The translations under genes were made by a program, and so were the position numbers. Below, piece after piece: positions 1 through 9,170 of a stretch of DNA of 64,000 nucleotides. Positions within the stretch are counted from its first letter, which is position 1; each line of letters starts with the position of its first letter. The notes under the pieces are model-generated. The model saw nothing but the letters and a program-made list of their open reading frames with translations, had not been told where the DNA came from and did no database searches. This stretch comes from Verrucomicrobiia bacterium (GTDB lineage: Bacteria > Verrucomicrobiota > Verrucomicrobiia > Limisphaerales > UBA1319): NCBI GenBank assembly GCA_963664225.1, contig OY760937.1:1184001-1248000 (forward strand), read 5' to 3'.

Positions 1-1917
1 TTGTCCCGGACGCGTTTCGGCAAAGACATGGTTTTCTGGAATGCCCGCCTGGGCCGCAATGGCTTTTGCGGTGGCGGCATTGTCGCCAGTGACCATGTAG
101 ATTTCCTTGCCCATGCGCATCAACCGCTGCACGACCTCGGGGGTGCCGGGTTTGATGGCGTCCTTCAATGCGATCAAACCGAACAGTTGATCGTTGATGG
201 ACAAACCCAGAACGGTTGCGCCCTGGGAAGTCCAGGTGTTCATGAAACGTTGTGCGCCGGTAATATTGATTCCGGATTCCCCAAGCCAGCGCAACGAACC
301 CAGGCGAAGCATCGCGCCATTCAATGTGCCTGGTTCGGCCATGGTGGCCATTACGCCATCCCCTTTGACTTCGCGCCAATTTTCCAGATGGACCTCGGTG
401 TGGGTTCCCTGGGCGACGGCCTGGCTCAAGGGATGTTGGGAGGGCGCGCCCAGTGCGGCCGCCAGTTCAGACAGGGCAGGGGATCCGGCGGTTTCGATTC
501 CCAGACGTTCGCTGGCGGCGATGGAGAGCCGCCCCTGTGTCAGAGTGCCGGTTTTATCGAAAAGGACGGTTGTGATCGCACCGGATTTTTCCAGGGCGTT
601 GCCGTCGCGAATGAGGATGCCCCGTTCCGCTGCGGCATTGGCTCCAGCCATGATGGCCGCAGGTGTGGCCAACCCCATGGCGCAGGGACACGCCACGATG
701 AGCACACCGGCGAGGTGAATGAACGCGGCCGCCAGCGCGCCTTCGGGCAAATGCATGTGCCATAGCCAGGGCGCGAGCCACGCATGAACCGCCGTCGCTT
801 TTTCGTTCGATAAACCCCAGAAAAGCGCCGTGGCAATGGCGATGACGACCACTATGGGAACGAATACGCTGCTCACGCGGTCGGCGAGTTTTTGAATTTG
901 GGCGCGGCTGTTTTGCGCGCGCTCCACCGCGGCAATGATCTGGGCCAGGGCCGTGGTTTGGCCCATGCCGCTGACACGCGCCACGAGCCGTCCATTTTGA
1001 TTGATGGTCCCCGCATAAACCGCGCTTCCTTCGGTTTTTTCCACAGGCATCGATTCCCCGGTCAGCATCGATTCGTCCAGTGCTGAGGAGCCTTCGATGA
1101 TCTGGGCGTCCACGGGGACGCGATCCCCCGGTTTGAGCAGGATGCGTGTGCCGGTCATGAGTTCGCTCACCGGTATGACTTGTTCCTGATCCTTGTCGTC
1201 GAGCCGGCGGGCAGTGGGCGGAGCGAGGTTCAAGAGCTTGCTCAGGGCCGCTCCGGCGCGCGCGCTGACCAGGGATTCCATCCAATGGCCGGCGCTGATC
1301 AGCGTGATGATGGCGATGGATTCCATGAAGTAAAGGTGCTGCTGGGTTCCCGAAAAGAATCCCCACGCGCTGAATCCATAGGCGGCAGTGGAACCGAGCG
1401 ACACCAGGGTGTCCATGTTCGAATCGCCAATCTTCAGCTGGTTCCATGCGCCGATGTAGAATCGTCCGCCGCACAAAATCTGGACCGCCGAGGCGAGAAC
1501 GAATGTGCCCCAGAGAAACCAGGTCGTTTGTCCGACCCCCAGGACATGTTCCCCAAGCACGACAAATATCAACGCCGCACCGCCCAGGACGACATTGAAA
1601 CGCCACCCTTCCAAAGGGGACCACGCATGGGCCTCACCGACTTCACCGGTGGCTGTGGTTTCCTGAGCCTCGTATCCGGCGCTGACGACCGCGCTGATCA
1701 GTGCGGCGGCGTTGGGCGTCACCTGGGATTTCCAATGAATCAGGGCATGGTGATGATCCAAATCGACTTTGGCGGAAGCAACGCCATCGACGGCTTCGAG
1801 CGCTTCCCTGACATGTCGAACGCAATTCTGGCAGGTCATGCCCCCCACATTGACATGGGTTTCATGATCGCGGCGGGCATCCAATTGCGGCTCGGTTTGT
1901 AATTCCTGAGGTTGCAT
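1..1917 (-). CDS. copA: Heavy-metal (Cu+-type) translocating P1B-type ATPase, 3' end outside the window
   Basis: Manual minus-strand translation from ATG at 1917: MQPQELQ..., HMA motif GGMTCQNC, NMDTLVSLGS, ACPCA(MG) transmembrane motif (~680-693), FDKTGTL phosphorylation motif (~541-561). The frame is open to the window edge, so it is absent from the ORF track. Confidence 0.92.
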   Translation of the reverse strand, partial: MQPQELQTEPQLDARRDHETHVNVGGMTCQNCVRHVREALEAVDGVASAKVDLDHHHALIHWKSQVTPNAAALISAVVSAGYEAQETTATGEVGEAHAWSPLEGWRFNVVLGGAALIFVVLGEHVLGVGQTTWFLWGTFVLASAVQILCGGRFYIGAWNQLKIGDSNMDTLVSLGSTAAYGFSAWGFFSGTQQHLYFMESIAIITLISAGHWMESLVSARAGAALSKLLNLAPPTARRLDDKDQEQVIPVSELMTGTRILLKPGDRVPVDAQIIEGSSALDESMLTGESMPVEKTEGSAVYAGTINQNGRLVARVSGMGQTTALAQIIAAVERAQNSRAQIQKLADRVSSVFVPIVVVIAIATALFWGLSNEKATAVHAWLAPWLWHMHLPEGALAAAFIHLAGVLIVACPCAMGLATPAAIMAGANAAAERGILIRDGNALEKSGAITTVLFDKTGTLTQGRLSIAASERLGIETAGSPALSELAAALGAPSQHPLSQAVAQGTHTEVHLENWREVKGDGVMATMAEPGTLNGAMLRLGSLRWLGESGINITGAQRFMNTWTSQGATVLGLSINDQLFGLIALKDAIKPGTPEVVQRLMRMGKEIYMVTGDNAATAKAIAAQAGIPENHVFAETRPGQ

Positions 1918-2094
1918 CTGCTTGTATTGAAAATGCCTCATTTCCCAAGCGGCGCAAGAGGCAACGTCCGCGTTATCGGGGAAAGATCAAAAGGGGAACT
2001 TCGCGAGCCTTAATCTCCGGCCAAATCTAAAAATTCGCTGGCGGCGACTCCCTGAATTACGCTAGGCTGGAAGTCCGATTTCAAAATAAAACTT

Positions 2095-3549
2095 ATGGAA
2101 GCTACTGCTGATATTGCGTTGATCGGTTTGGCCGTCATGGGCCAAAACCTGGTTCTGAACATGAACGACCATGGATTCCGGGTGGCGGTGTTCAACCGGA
2201 CCGTGTCCAAAGTCGATGATTTTCTGGCCAACGAAGCCAAGGGAACCCCCATCATCGGGGCGCATTCCATTCCTGAATTAATCAGCCACCTCAAACGGCC
2301 CCGCCGGGTCATGATGCTCGTCAAGGCGGGCAAGGCCGTGGATGAATTCATCGAACAGTTGATCCCGCACCTCGAGCCCGGCGATATCATCATCGATGGC
2401 GGCAATTCCTTTTTCCAGGACACGATCCGCCGCACAAAATATGTCGAAAGCAAGGGATTGCTCTACATCGGCACGGGTGTTTCGGGCGGCGAGGAAGGGG
2501 CGCGTCGCGGTCCCTCGATGATGCCCGGCGGTTCGCCCGCCGCATGGCCGCATGTGAAGGGCATTTTCCAGGCCGTCTGCGCTAAAGTGGAGGATGGCAC
2601 GCCTTGTTGCGACTGGGTGGGTTCGGATGGCGCGGGTCATTTTGTGAAAATGGTTCACAACGGCATCGAATATGGCGACATGCAATTGATCGGTGAGGCC
2701 TATCATCTGTTGTCTGCCGGCCTGGGCATGACCGCGGAGGAAATGCACGCGGTGTTCGCTGAATGGAACGAGGGCGATCTGGATTCCTATCTCATCGAAA
2801 TCACCCGGGACATTCTCGGATTCAAGGACACCGACGGCGTCGCGATGGTGGACAAAATCCTGGACGCCGCCGGTCAGAAAGGCACGGGCAAGTGGACCGT
2901 GAATACGGCCCTGGACCTCGGAGCCCCGGTGACACTCATCAGCGAAGCGGTCTTTTCCCGATGCGTCTCGGCCATGAAGGAAGAGCGCGTTTCAGCAGCC
3001 CGCAAGCTCAAAGGCCCCCGCTCCAAAATTTCCGGCGACCGTGTCAAAATTGTGGAAGACATTCGCAAAGCCTTGTATGCCTCCAAGATCGTTTCCTACG
3101 CGCAGGGATTCATGATGATGCGGGATGCCGCGAAGGAATACGGATGGACGCTCAATAACGGGGGAATCGCCCTCATGTGGCGCGGCGGTTGCATCATTCG
3201 CAGCCGTTTCCTTGGCAAAATCAAGGAGGCCTATGATGGAAACTCGAAGCTCAACAGCCTTTTGCTGGACAGCTTCTTCAAACAGGCGATCAAGGACAGC
3301 CAGCGTTCCTGGCGCAATGTGGTCGCATTGGCCGTCAAAAAAGGAATCCCCGTGCCGGCGTTTTCCACGGCACTGGCCTTTTACGACGCCTACCGATGCA
3401 CGCGGCTGCCGGCCAATCTGCTCCAGGCGCAGCGGGATTATTTCGGCGCCCACACCTATGAGCGGGTGGACCAGCCGCGTGGAAAGTTTTTCCACACGAA
3501 CTGGACCGGCCACGGCGGCAATGTTTCGGCCAGCACTTACACCGCCTAA
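2095..3549 (+). CDS. gnd: 6-phosphogluconate dehydrogenase, NADP-dependent, decarboxylating
   Basis: [42 protein letters not shown] motifs; 484 aa. Confidence 0.97.
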   Translation: MEATADIALIGLAVMGQNLVLNMNDHGFRVAVFNRTVSKVDDFLANEAKGTPIIGAHSIPELISHLKRPRRVMMLVKAGKAVDEFIEQLIPHLEPGDIIIDGGNSFFQDTIRRTKYVESKGLLYIGTGVSGGEEGARRGPSMMPGGSPAAWPHVKGIFQAVCAKVEDGTPCCDWVGSDGAGHFVKMVHNGIEYGDMQLIGEAYHLLSAGLGMTAEEMHAVFAEWNEGDLDSYLIEITRDILGFKDTDGVAMVDKILDAAGQKGTGKWTVNTALDLGAPVTLISEAVFSRCVSAMKEERVSAARKLKGPRSKISGDRVKIVEDIRKALYASKIVSYAQGFMMMRDAAKEYGWTLNNGGIALMWRGGCIIRSRFLGKIKEAYDGNSKLNSLLLDSFFKQAIKDSQRSWRNVVALAVKKGIPVPAFSTALAFYDAYRCTRLPANLLQAQRDYFGAHTYERVDQPRGKFFHTNWTGHGGNVSASTYTA

Positions 3550-3621
3550 ATCGGTTTTGAAGCTGAAACCGGGCGGACTGCCATGAGGGGTGGCGCCCGG
3601 AATTCTCGAGCCTGGAATTTT

Positions 3622-4500
3622 ATGAGCGACAGCATACAAGTATTGAAGGATCTCAAACCCAATCGGGAATTTTTCATTGGCATCGATTCAGACGGCTGCG
3701 TCTTCGATACAATGGAAACGAAGCACAAGGAATGTTTCGTTCCGATGTTCGTGAAATATTTCAACCTCCAGCCCGCCAGCAAATACGCGCGGGAGGCCTG
3801 GGATTTCGTGAATTTATATTCCAAGACCCGCGGAACCAACCGGTTTCCCGCGTTGGTACGTACGCTCCAATTGCTGCGTGAACGCCCCGAAGTGATCGCC
3901 CGCGGGGTGAAGACCATGGACACCAGCGCTCTTGAGGCCTGGGTGGAAAAGGAAAAAAAACTGACCAATTCCACGCTGGCCGAGGAAGTCAAAAACGGCA
4001 ACAAGGCCCTGGAACCGGTGTTGGAATGGTCCATCGCCGTCAATAAAATGATTGCCGACGTCGTCCATGGAGTTCCGCCCTTTCCGCTGTTCAAGGAAAG
4101 CCTGCAGAAAATGATTCAAAAGGCCGACGTGGTCATCGTTTCACAAACTCCCACCGAGGCGCTCCAGAGGGAATGGGTGGAACACGACATCGCCCGCTAT
4201 GTGCGAGCCATTGCGGGACAGGAGATGGGCACAAAGACCGACCACATCAAATGCGCTGCGGGCCGCAAGTATCCAGAGGGCAGGGTGCTGATGATCGGAG
4301 ACGCCCCGGGAGATTTCAAGGCCGCCAAGGCGAACAGCGCTTTGTTTTACCCGATCAATCCCGGACACGAGGAACAATCCTGGAAACGTTTTCACGACGA
4401 GGCGCTCGATCGTTTTTTCAATGGAACCTATGCCGGGGACTACGAGGTAAAACTGGTCAAGGAATTTGACAATTGTCTCCCGGAACGGCCCAACTGGTAA
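3622..4500 (+). CDS. HAD-superfamily hydrolase (phosphatase), substrate unknown
   Basis: Motif I DSDGCVFD, motif II S in VIVSQT, motif IV MIGDAPGD; ATG 3622 preferred over 3583. Confidence 0.85.
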   Translation: MSDSIQVLKDLKPNREFFIGIDSDGCVFDTMETKHKECFVPMFVKYFNLQPASKYAREAWDFVNLYSKTRGTNRFPALVRTLQLLRERPEVIARGVKTMDTSALEAWVEKEKKLTNSTLAEEVKNGNKALEPVLEWSIAVNKMIADVVHGVPPFPLFKESLQKMIQKADVVIVSQTPTEALQREWVEHDIARYVRAIAGQEMGTKTDHIKCAAGRKYPEGRVLMIGDAPGDFKAAKANSALFYPINPGHEEQSWKRFHDEALDRFFNGTYAGDYEVKLVKEFDNCLPERPNW

Positions 4501-4608
4501 ATGATCCGGCGGCGATGAAAAACGGGCGTTCGTCGGTAAAATACCTATTTGATCCGCATGTGGCAAATCTGCTGCCAAACCCGTTTTTATCGGCTTTTTC
4601 ACGTTTTT

Positions 4609-4938
4609 TTACCGGTCCGTTTCCTGTGTGATCCAGTCAAGATATCGCGCGTTGCCGCTGGCCAGAGGCAACGCGATGATTTCCGGCGTGTCGTAAGGAT
4701 GGTTCTTTAAAATCAACGTCTCCAATGACTTAAGTTTATTGGAAGTGGTCTTGAATAACACCAGCGCTTCTTTGGAACATTCCAATTTCCCTTTCCACCA
4801 GTAATGGGATTCGATTTTTGGAATCAGGTTGCCGCAAGCGGCAAGTCTTGCTTTTAAAACGACTTGTATCAGTTTACGCGCGCTCGTTAAATCGGGTGCG
4901 GTGACCATTACGATGCGGAAACTTCGTGCAGACTTCAT
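4609..4938 (-). CDS. cutA: Divalent-cation tolerance protein CutA
   Basis: LAACGNL, SHYWWKG, HPYDTPEIIAL, YLDWI; ~109 aa. Confidence 0.93.
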   Translation of the reverse strand: MKSARSFRIVMVTAPDLTSARKLIQVVLKARLAACGNLIPKIESHYWWKGKLECSKEALVLFKTTSNKLKSLETLILKNHPYDTPEIIALPLASGNARYLDWITQETDR

Positions 4939-5067
4939 CCTGGAATATGAAGCATCCGCACGGAATAACGTCAATTCCAATGCGATCTGCAAAGGGATTG
5001 TTGAATTGGTTGCTACTTGACGCATCGGACCGGCTGACGCACTAATCGGCGGTTATTTATTAATTCG

Positions 5068-6258
5068 ATGACTCAACGCCAGTTAAAGAACGGGTATTTT
5101 ACGCTCGAAGGCATCAATGCCTTCGCGACCGGATATTATTTAAATTATCTCTTTTTCCTTCTGCACGAACAATTTGGATTCGGCAACGCCAACAACTTAT
5201 GGGTGGCCGCGTTGAATGGATTCGTCTATATGGTTTCGGCCTGGTTTGGCGGGCGATTCGGTCAGCGTTTTGGCTACTTCACGGCTTTGAGGATCGGGTT
5301 CGGAGGAATGGCGCTGGCGATGATTTTGGGCAGTCAAATGGATACAGTGACAGGACATTGCGCAATCATGGTTTTCTGGACCCTGAGTTTGTGTTTCACC
5401 TGGCCCACGTTGGAGGCAATGGTCAGCGAAGGCGAAACCACCCGCGGGCTGCAAAAAATGATCGGCCTTTATAATGTGGTGTGGGCTGCGGGCAGCGCCT
5501 TTTCCTATTTCATGGGAGGCGCCATGTTGAAATACTTGGGAATGAAGAGTCTCTTCTGGTTGCCGCTGGCCATTCATCTCATTCAATTAATCATGGTGGA
5601 ATGGCTTCGGAACGCCAATACGCGCAAGCCGTTGCACATCGATGGAACTAATCATCAAAAAGGCGTTGTCAGCGTTCTCAACGATGCGCTCGGGGAAAAC
5701 GCTCACGGTCCGGCCTTTTTGCGGATGGCTTGGGTTGCCAATCCGTTCTCCTATGTGGCTGTAAACACAGTGGTTGCAGTTATTCCAAGCATTGCGCAAC
5801 GTTTCAATTTATCACTCACCATGGCGGGAGTTTTTTGTTCGATATGGTTTTTCGCGCGGCTGGCGTCGTTTTTTCTTTTTTGGGGGTGGTCCGGTTGGCA
5901 CTACCGGTTTGGCTGGTTGATCACCGCATATGGGCTGCTGGTGGGTAGTTTTTTCGGTCTATTAATGGCGCTCAATCTACTCGTGGTCATTGGTGTGCAG
6001 ATTGTTTTTGGTTTTGCGATCGGGCTCATTTATTATTCGTCGCTCTATTATTCAATGCATGTTGGTGCGACAAAAGGAGAGCATGGGGGATTTCACGAAT
6101 CGGCCATTGGCGCGGGGATTTTCGTAGGTCCGGCCATTGGATCGGGCGCCCTCTATTTGTTTCCTGGAAACGCCAATAGCAGCGCGTGGGCGGTGAGCGG
6201 TCTGTTGTTGATCGGGGGGGCGATGATCATGCTGATTCGCCTGCGCAATTCCAACTAA
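5068..6258 (+). CDS. MFS transporter
   Basis: 396 aa, two bundles of about six hydrophobic helices separated by a polar loop; GRFGQRFG resembles MFS motif A. Confidence 0.8.
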   Translation: MTQRQLKNGYFTLEGINAFATGYYLNYLFFLLHEQFGFGNANNLWVAALNGFVYMVSAWFGGRFGQRFGYFTALRIGFGGMALAMILGSQMDTVTGHCAIMVFWTLSLCFTWPTLEAMVSEGETTRGLQKMIGLYNVVWAAGSAFSYFMGGAMLKYLGMKSLFWLPLAIHLIQLIMVEWLRNANTRKPLHIDGTNHQKGVVSVLNDALGENAHGPAFLRMAWVANPFSYVAVNTVVAVIPSIAQRFNLSLTMAGVFCSIWFFARLASFFLFWGWSGWHYRFGWLITAYGLLVGSFFGLLMALNLLVVIGVQIVFGFAIGLIYYSSLYYSMHVGATKGEHGGFHESAIGAGIFVGPAIGSGALYLFPGNANSSAWAVSGLLLIGGAMIMLIRLRNSN

Positions 6259-6264
6259 CTCCAA

Positions 6265-7047
6265 CTAACCCTGCGCGGAAGGCTTGTTGTCGGCAGGGTT
6301 TGGGCTGGCAACTTTGCGTAACGCGCGTATCTGATCGCGTAAAACAGCCGCTTTTTCAAACTCCTGGGCGGCAATGGCCCTGCGCAGTCTTTTTTCCAAT
6401 TGATCCAGCTTGGATATCGGTTTGGATCTTTCAATCTGGCGCGCGAAAGTCTTTAGCGCGGTCAATGAACGTTCACGTTCGAAGGCATAGATCGCTTCCT
6501 CATTTTCAGGAAGTGTTTGAATTTCGATGCTGGCCTCGCCGATGATTTTCAGCGCGGTATCGAATTGGCCCGATTCCAATTCGCCCATGGCGCGGGCGCA
6601 TGCGCACATGCGCATCACATAGGGCCGCCATTGTTCGAGATAATTCTGGTCCTCGGCATTTTGCGCGTGGCGATGAACGAAATCGAAGAGTTGCAGATTG
6701 CGTTGGGTATCGCGAATGGTGCGAACCCAATCCTTGAGTTTGAAAAGGTTAACATAGCGATAATAATAAAGCATGCTTTCGGAAAACAACTCGGAACATT
6801 CTTCGGAGGGAATGGAAAACACTTTATTGCTGGCCGTCTGACGTGACAACTGGTAATCGAACATTGAATCATACCCATGCGGTTGCAAGCCGTCGGGGCG
6901 CCCATCCAGTTCGTATTGCTCAATTCCCAGTGGGAGTCGCACCTGCATGATTTCGCGGCCATCTCGTCCATGGTCGAGTCGGACATTGTCATCCGCGTCA
7001 TAAGGCCATGCCATCAATAATTGTCGTAAATCCACCGTATCGCTCAT
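6265..7047 (-). CDS. Conserved hypothetical protein with C-terminal UVR (UvrB/UvrC) coiled-coil motif
   Basis: C-terminal LEKRLRRAIAAQEFEKAAVLRDQIR is a UVR motif; the rest is not recognised. Confidence 0.75.
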   Translation of the reverse strand: MSDTVDLRQLLMAWPYDADDNVRLDHGRDGREIMQVRLPLGIEQYELDGRPDGLQPHGYDSMFDYQLSRQTASNKVFSIPSEECSELFSESMLYYYRYVNLFKLKDWVRTIRDTQRNLQLFDFVHRHAQNAEDQNYLEQWRPYVMRMCACARAMGELESGQFDTALKIIGEASIEIQTLPENEEAIYAFERERSLTALKTFARQIERSKPISKLDQLEKRLRRAIAAQEFEKAAVLRDQIRALRKVASPNPADNKPSAQG

Positions 7048-7184
7048 AATCCCATGGCACTATGGCACATCTGGTAGTGTTATCAAATTGGATTGCGAGC
7101 CCATAAGCTTCCCGGATTGAGGTAAAAGAAGCCGTGTGGTTTATTCTTTTTAAAACAGCCGGAATGTCGTCATAATGGAACGGT

Positions 7185-8186
7185 ATGAGATGTTTTGTCA
7201 CGGGCGCTACGGGGTTTGTCGGTGGAAATTTGGTGCGCGCATTGCTGGAGCAGGGGCACGAGGTGCGCGCATTAATGCGTCCAGGCAGTCGATCTTCGGC
7301 GCTAGATGCATTGGATTTCGAGCCAGTAGTTGGGGATGTGCTGGACAGAAATAGTTTGGGGATCGGTCTGGCGCGATGTGACTGGTGTTTTCATGTGGCG
7401 GCAAGCTACCATCTGTGGCTGCCCGATTATGCCTCGATGTACGCCTCGAACGTGGAAGGCACCCGCAATGTGATCGAGGCTGCGGCGATAGCGGGTTGTT
7501 CACGCATCGTTTATACGAGCACAGTGGGATGCATTGGACTTCCTCCGCGCATACAAGGACCCAATAACGGCGGTAATGAATATACGTCGCTTTTGCCCTC
7601 CCAACTGAGCAATCACTATAAACGCAGCAAGTGGCAGGCGGAACAGGTGGCCTTCGAATTGGCGGGAAAAGGTTTGCCGGTGGTGATTGTGAATCCCAGC
7701 ACGCCTGTTGGCCCTGGGGATGTGAAACCCACGCCTACCGGGAAGATCATTATCGATTTCATGCAGCGCAAAATGCCGGCATATCTGGAAACCGGCTTAA
7801 ACTGGGTCCACGTCCGCGATGTTGCCATGGGTCACATTCTTGCGGCTGAGAAAGGGCGCGTGGGAGATCGGTATATTCTCGGGAATGCAGAAGCAAATTG
7901 GACCTTGAAAGAAACCTTTGCAGTTCTCGAGGATTTGACCGGAATACCGGCGCCGCGAGTGCGCATTCCCTATTTGATTGCGTTAATGGCGGCCTACGTC
8001 GATGAAGCCAAATCTTCAGTGACAGGAAAATCCCCTCGTGCACCTCTGGGTGGAGTGCGAATGGCCCGATACAAGATGTTTTTTGATCCTTCTAAGGCGA
8101 TTCGGGAACTCGCTCTTCCACAAACACCGGCCCGCCAGGCATTAAAGGAGGCGGTGGAATGGTTCAAGAACGCTGGAATCGTCTGA
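7185..8186 (+). CDS. hpnA: Hopanoid-associated NAD-dependent sugar epimerase/dehydratase
   Basis: TGATGFVG, FHVAASYHLW, YKRSK, VNPSTPVGPGDVKPTPTG, YLETGLN typical of HpnA. Confidence 0.85.
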   Translation: MRCFVTGATGFVGGNLVRALLEQGHEVRALMRPGSRSSALDALDFEPVVGDVLDRNSLGIGLARCDWCFHVAASYHLWLPDYASMYASNVEGTRNVIEAAAIAGCSRIVYTSTVGCIGLPPRIQGPNNGGNEYTSLLPSQLSNHYKRSKWQAEQVAFELAGKGLPVVIVNPSTPVGPGDVKPTPTGKIIIDFMQRKMPAYLETGLNWVHVRDVAMGHILAAEKGRVGDRYILGNAEANWTLKETFAVLEDLTGIPAPRVRIPYLIALMAAYVDEAKSSVTGKSPRAPLGGVRMARYKMFFDPSKAIRELALPQTPARQALKEAVEWFKNAGIV

Positions 8187-8366
8187 GCCAACCGCTTTTG
8201 ACAGTGGCAGACTGACGTGCGCACAATCTGGTTTTTTAGCTCGGAAGATGGCGATGGATCGGTGGCTTGTTATTCATTGCGAGTCCTTTATGTTTCTTCA
8301 TGAGCGGTGCCTCCACCTTCCGTAACGCGCCTTCCTTCATGGATTATTTCCGAATTTTGAGCCATC

Positions 8367-8396
8367 TTGACATGGTAACGGTTGGGGTGCTAGCTT
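8367..8396 (+). promoter_or_regulatory. Putative sigma70 promoter for the HNH gene
   Basis: TTGACA(8367-8372)-N18-TAGCTT(8391-8396) with extended -10 TG. Confidence 0.5.
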
Positions 8397-8419
8397 ATGG
8401 CCCCTAACGGTTTGCCGTT

Positions 8420-9040
8420 ATGGGCTCCTTTTTACATACTCCTGTATTGGTGCTCAACCGCCTTTGGCAGGCGGTCAATGTATGCACCGCACGACGGGCT
8501 TTGGTTCTGCTTTTCCAAGGTCACGCGCAGGTTGTGTTCGGAGGTGCCGATGGGGACTTCCAGACTTACAACTTCAACCAGTGGCGTGACTTTTCCAGGC
8601 AGCAACCGCATCCGGAAAGCGTTTTTGCCATTTCGTTCCGGGTTCGGGTTCCACGGGTCATCATGTTGCTCGCTTTTGATCACATGCCCAAGAAAGAGGT
8701 CAAATTCACGCGCCATAACATTTTTGAACGAGATAAGAACACTTGTCAGTACTGCGGCAAGGTATTTGATCGGGCTGATTTGAATCTCGACCATGTGATT
8801 CCCAGGGATCGCGGCGGCCCAACGACTTGGGAAAATATCGTTTGCTCCTGCATTGAGTGTAACACGCTCAAGGCCAATAATTTGTATCAAGAGGTTGGCA
8901 TGCGATTGATCCGCAAGCCAAAACGCCCCAAATGGCGGCCATTCATCCAGATCAACATCGGCATTTCCTATCCGGAAAGTTGGAAGCATTTTATCGATAT
9001 TGCCTACTGGAATGTGGAAATCGGCGAGGAGGCGCGGTAA
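8420..9040 (+). CDS. HNH endonuclease (McrA/HNH_5-like)
   Basis: VLVLN N-terminus, RDKNTCQYCG, LDHVIPRDRGG, NIVCSCIECNTLK. Confidence 0.9.
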   Translation: MGSFLHTPVLVLNRLWQAVNVCTARRALVLLFQGHAQVVFGGADGDFQTYNFNQWRDFSRQQPHPESVFAISFRVRVPRVIMLLAFDHMPKKEVKFTRHNIFERDKNTCQYCGKVFDRADLNLDHVIPRDRGGPTTWENIVCSCIECNTLKANNLYQEVGMRLIRKPKRPKWRPFIQINIGISYPESWKHFIDIAYWNVEIGEEAR

Positions 9041-9136
9041 CGCCTTTTTTGCAGTGCGTTTGAGTGGTCTGCAAAACAGGGGGAATTATGTTGGCCATAA
9101 TCAAGAGACTTGCACGGAAATGGCGCTTTGATTTAG

Positions 9137-9170
9137 ATTGTCAACCATGAGTGATACGCAGATTGACAAT
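9137..9170. promoter_or_regulatory. BirA-type biotin operator overlapping the bioB start codon and putative -10
   Basis: ATTGTCAAC-N16-ATTGACAAT inverted repeat; matches the TGTnAAC-N(14-16)-GTTnACA form of BirA sites with one mismatch; putative promoter TTGCAC(9110-9115)-N18-TAGATT(9134-9139). Confidence 0.72.

Noticed and set aside
1..1902. ORF-track entries 1..765(+), 554..1624(-), 1180..1902(+)
   Set aside because: Shadow frames of the P-type ATPase, which occupies another minus-strand frame with all expected motifs
8420..9040. HNH gene as a homing endonuclease or defence nuclease
   Set aside because: No intron, intein, methylase or mobile-element ends nearby; it looks like the widespread stand-alone HNH family
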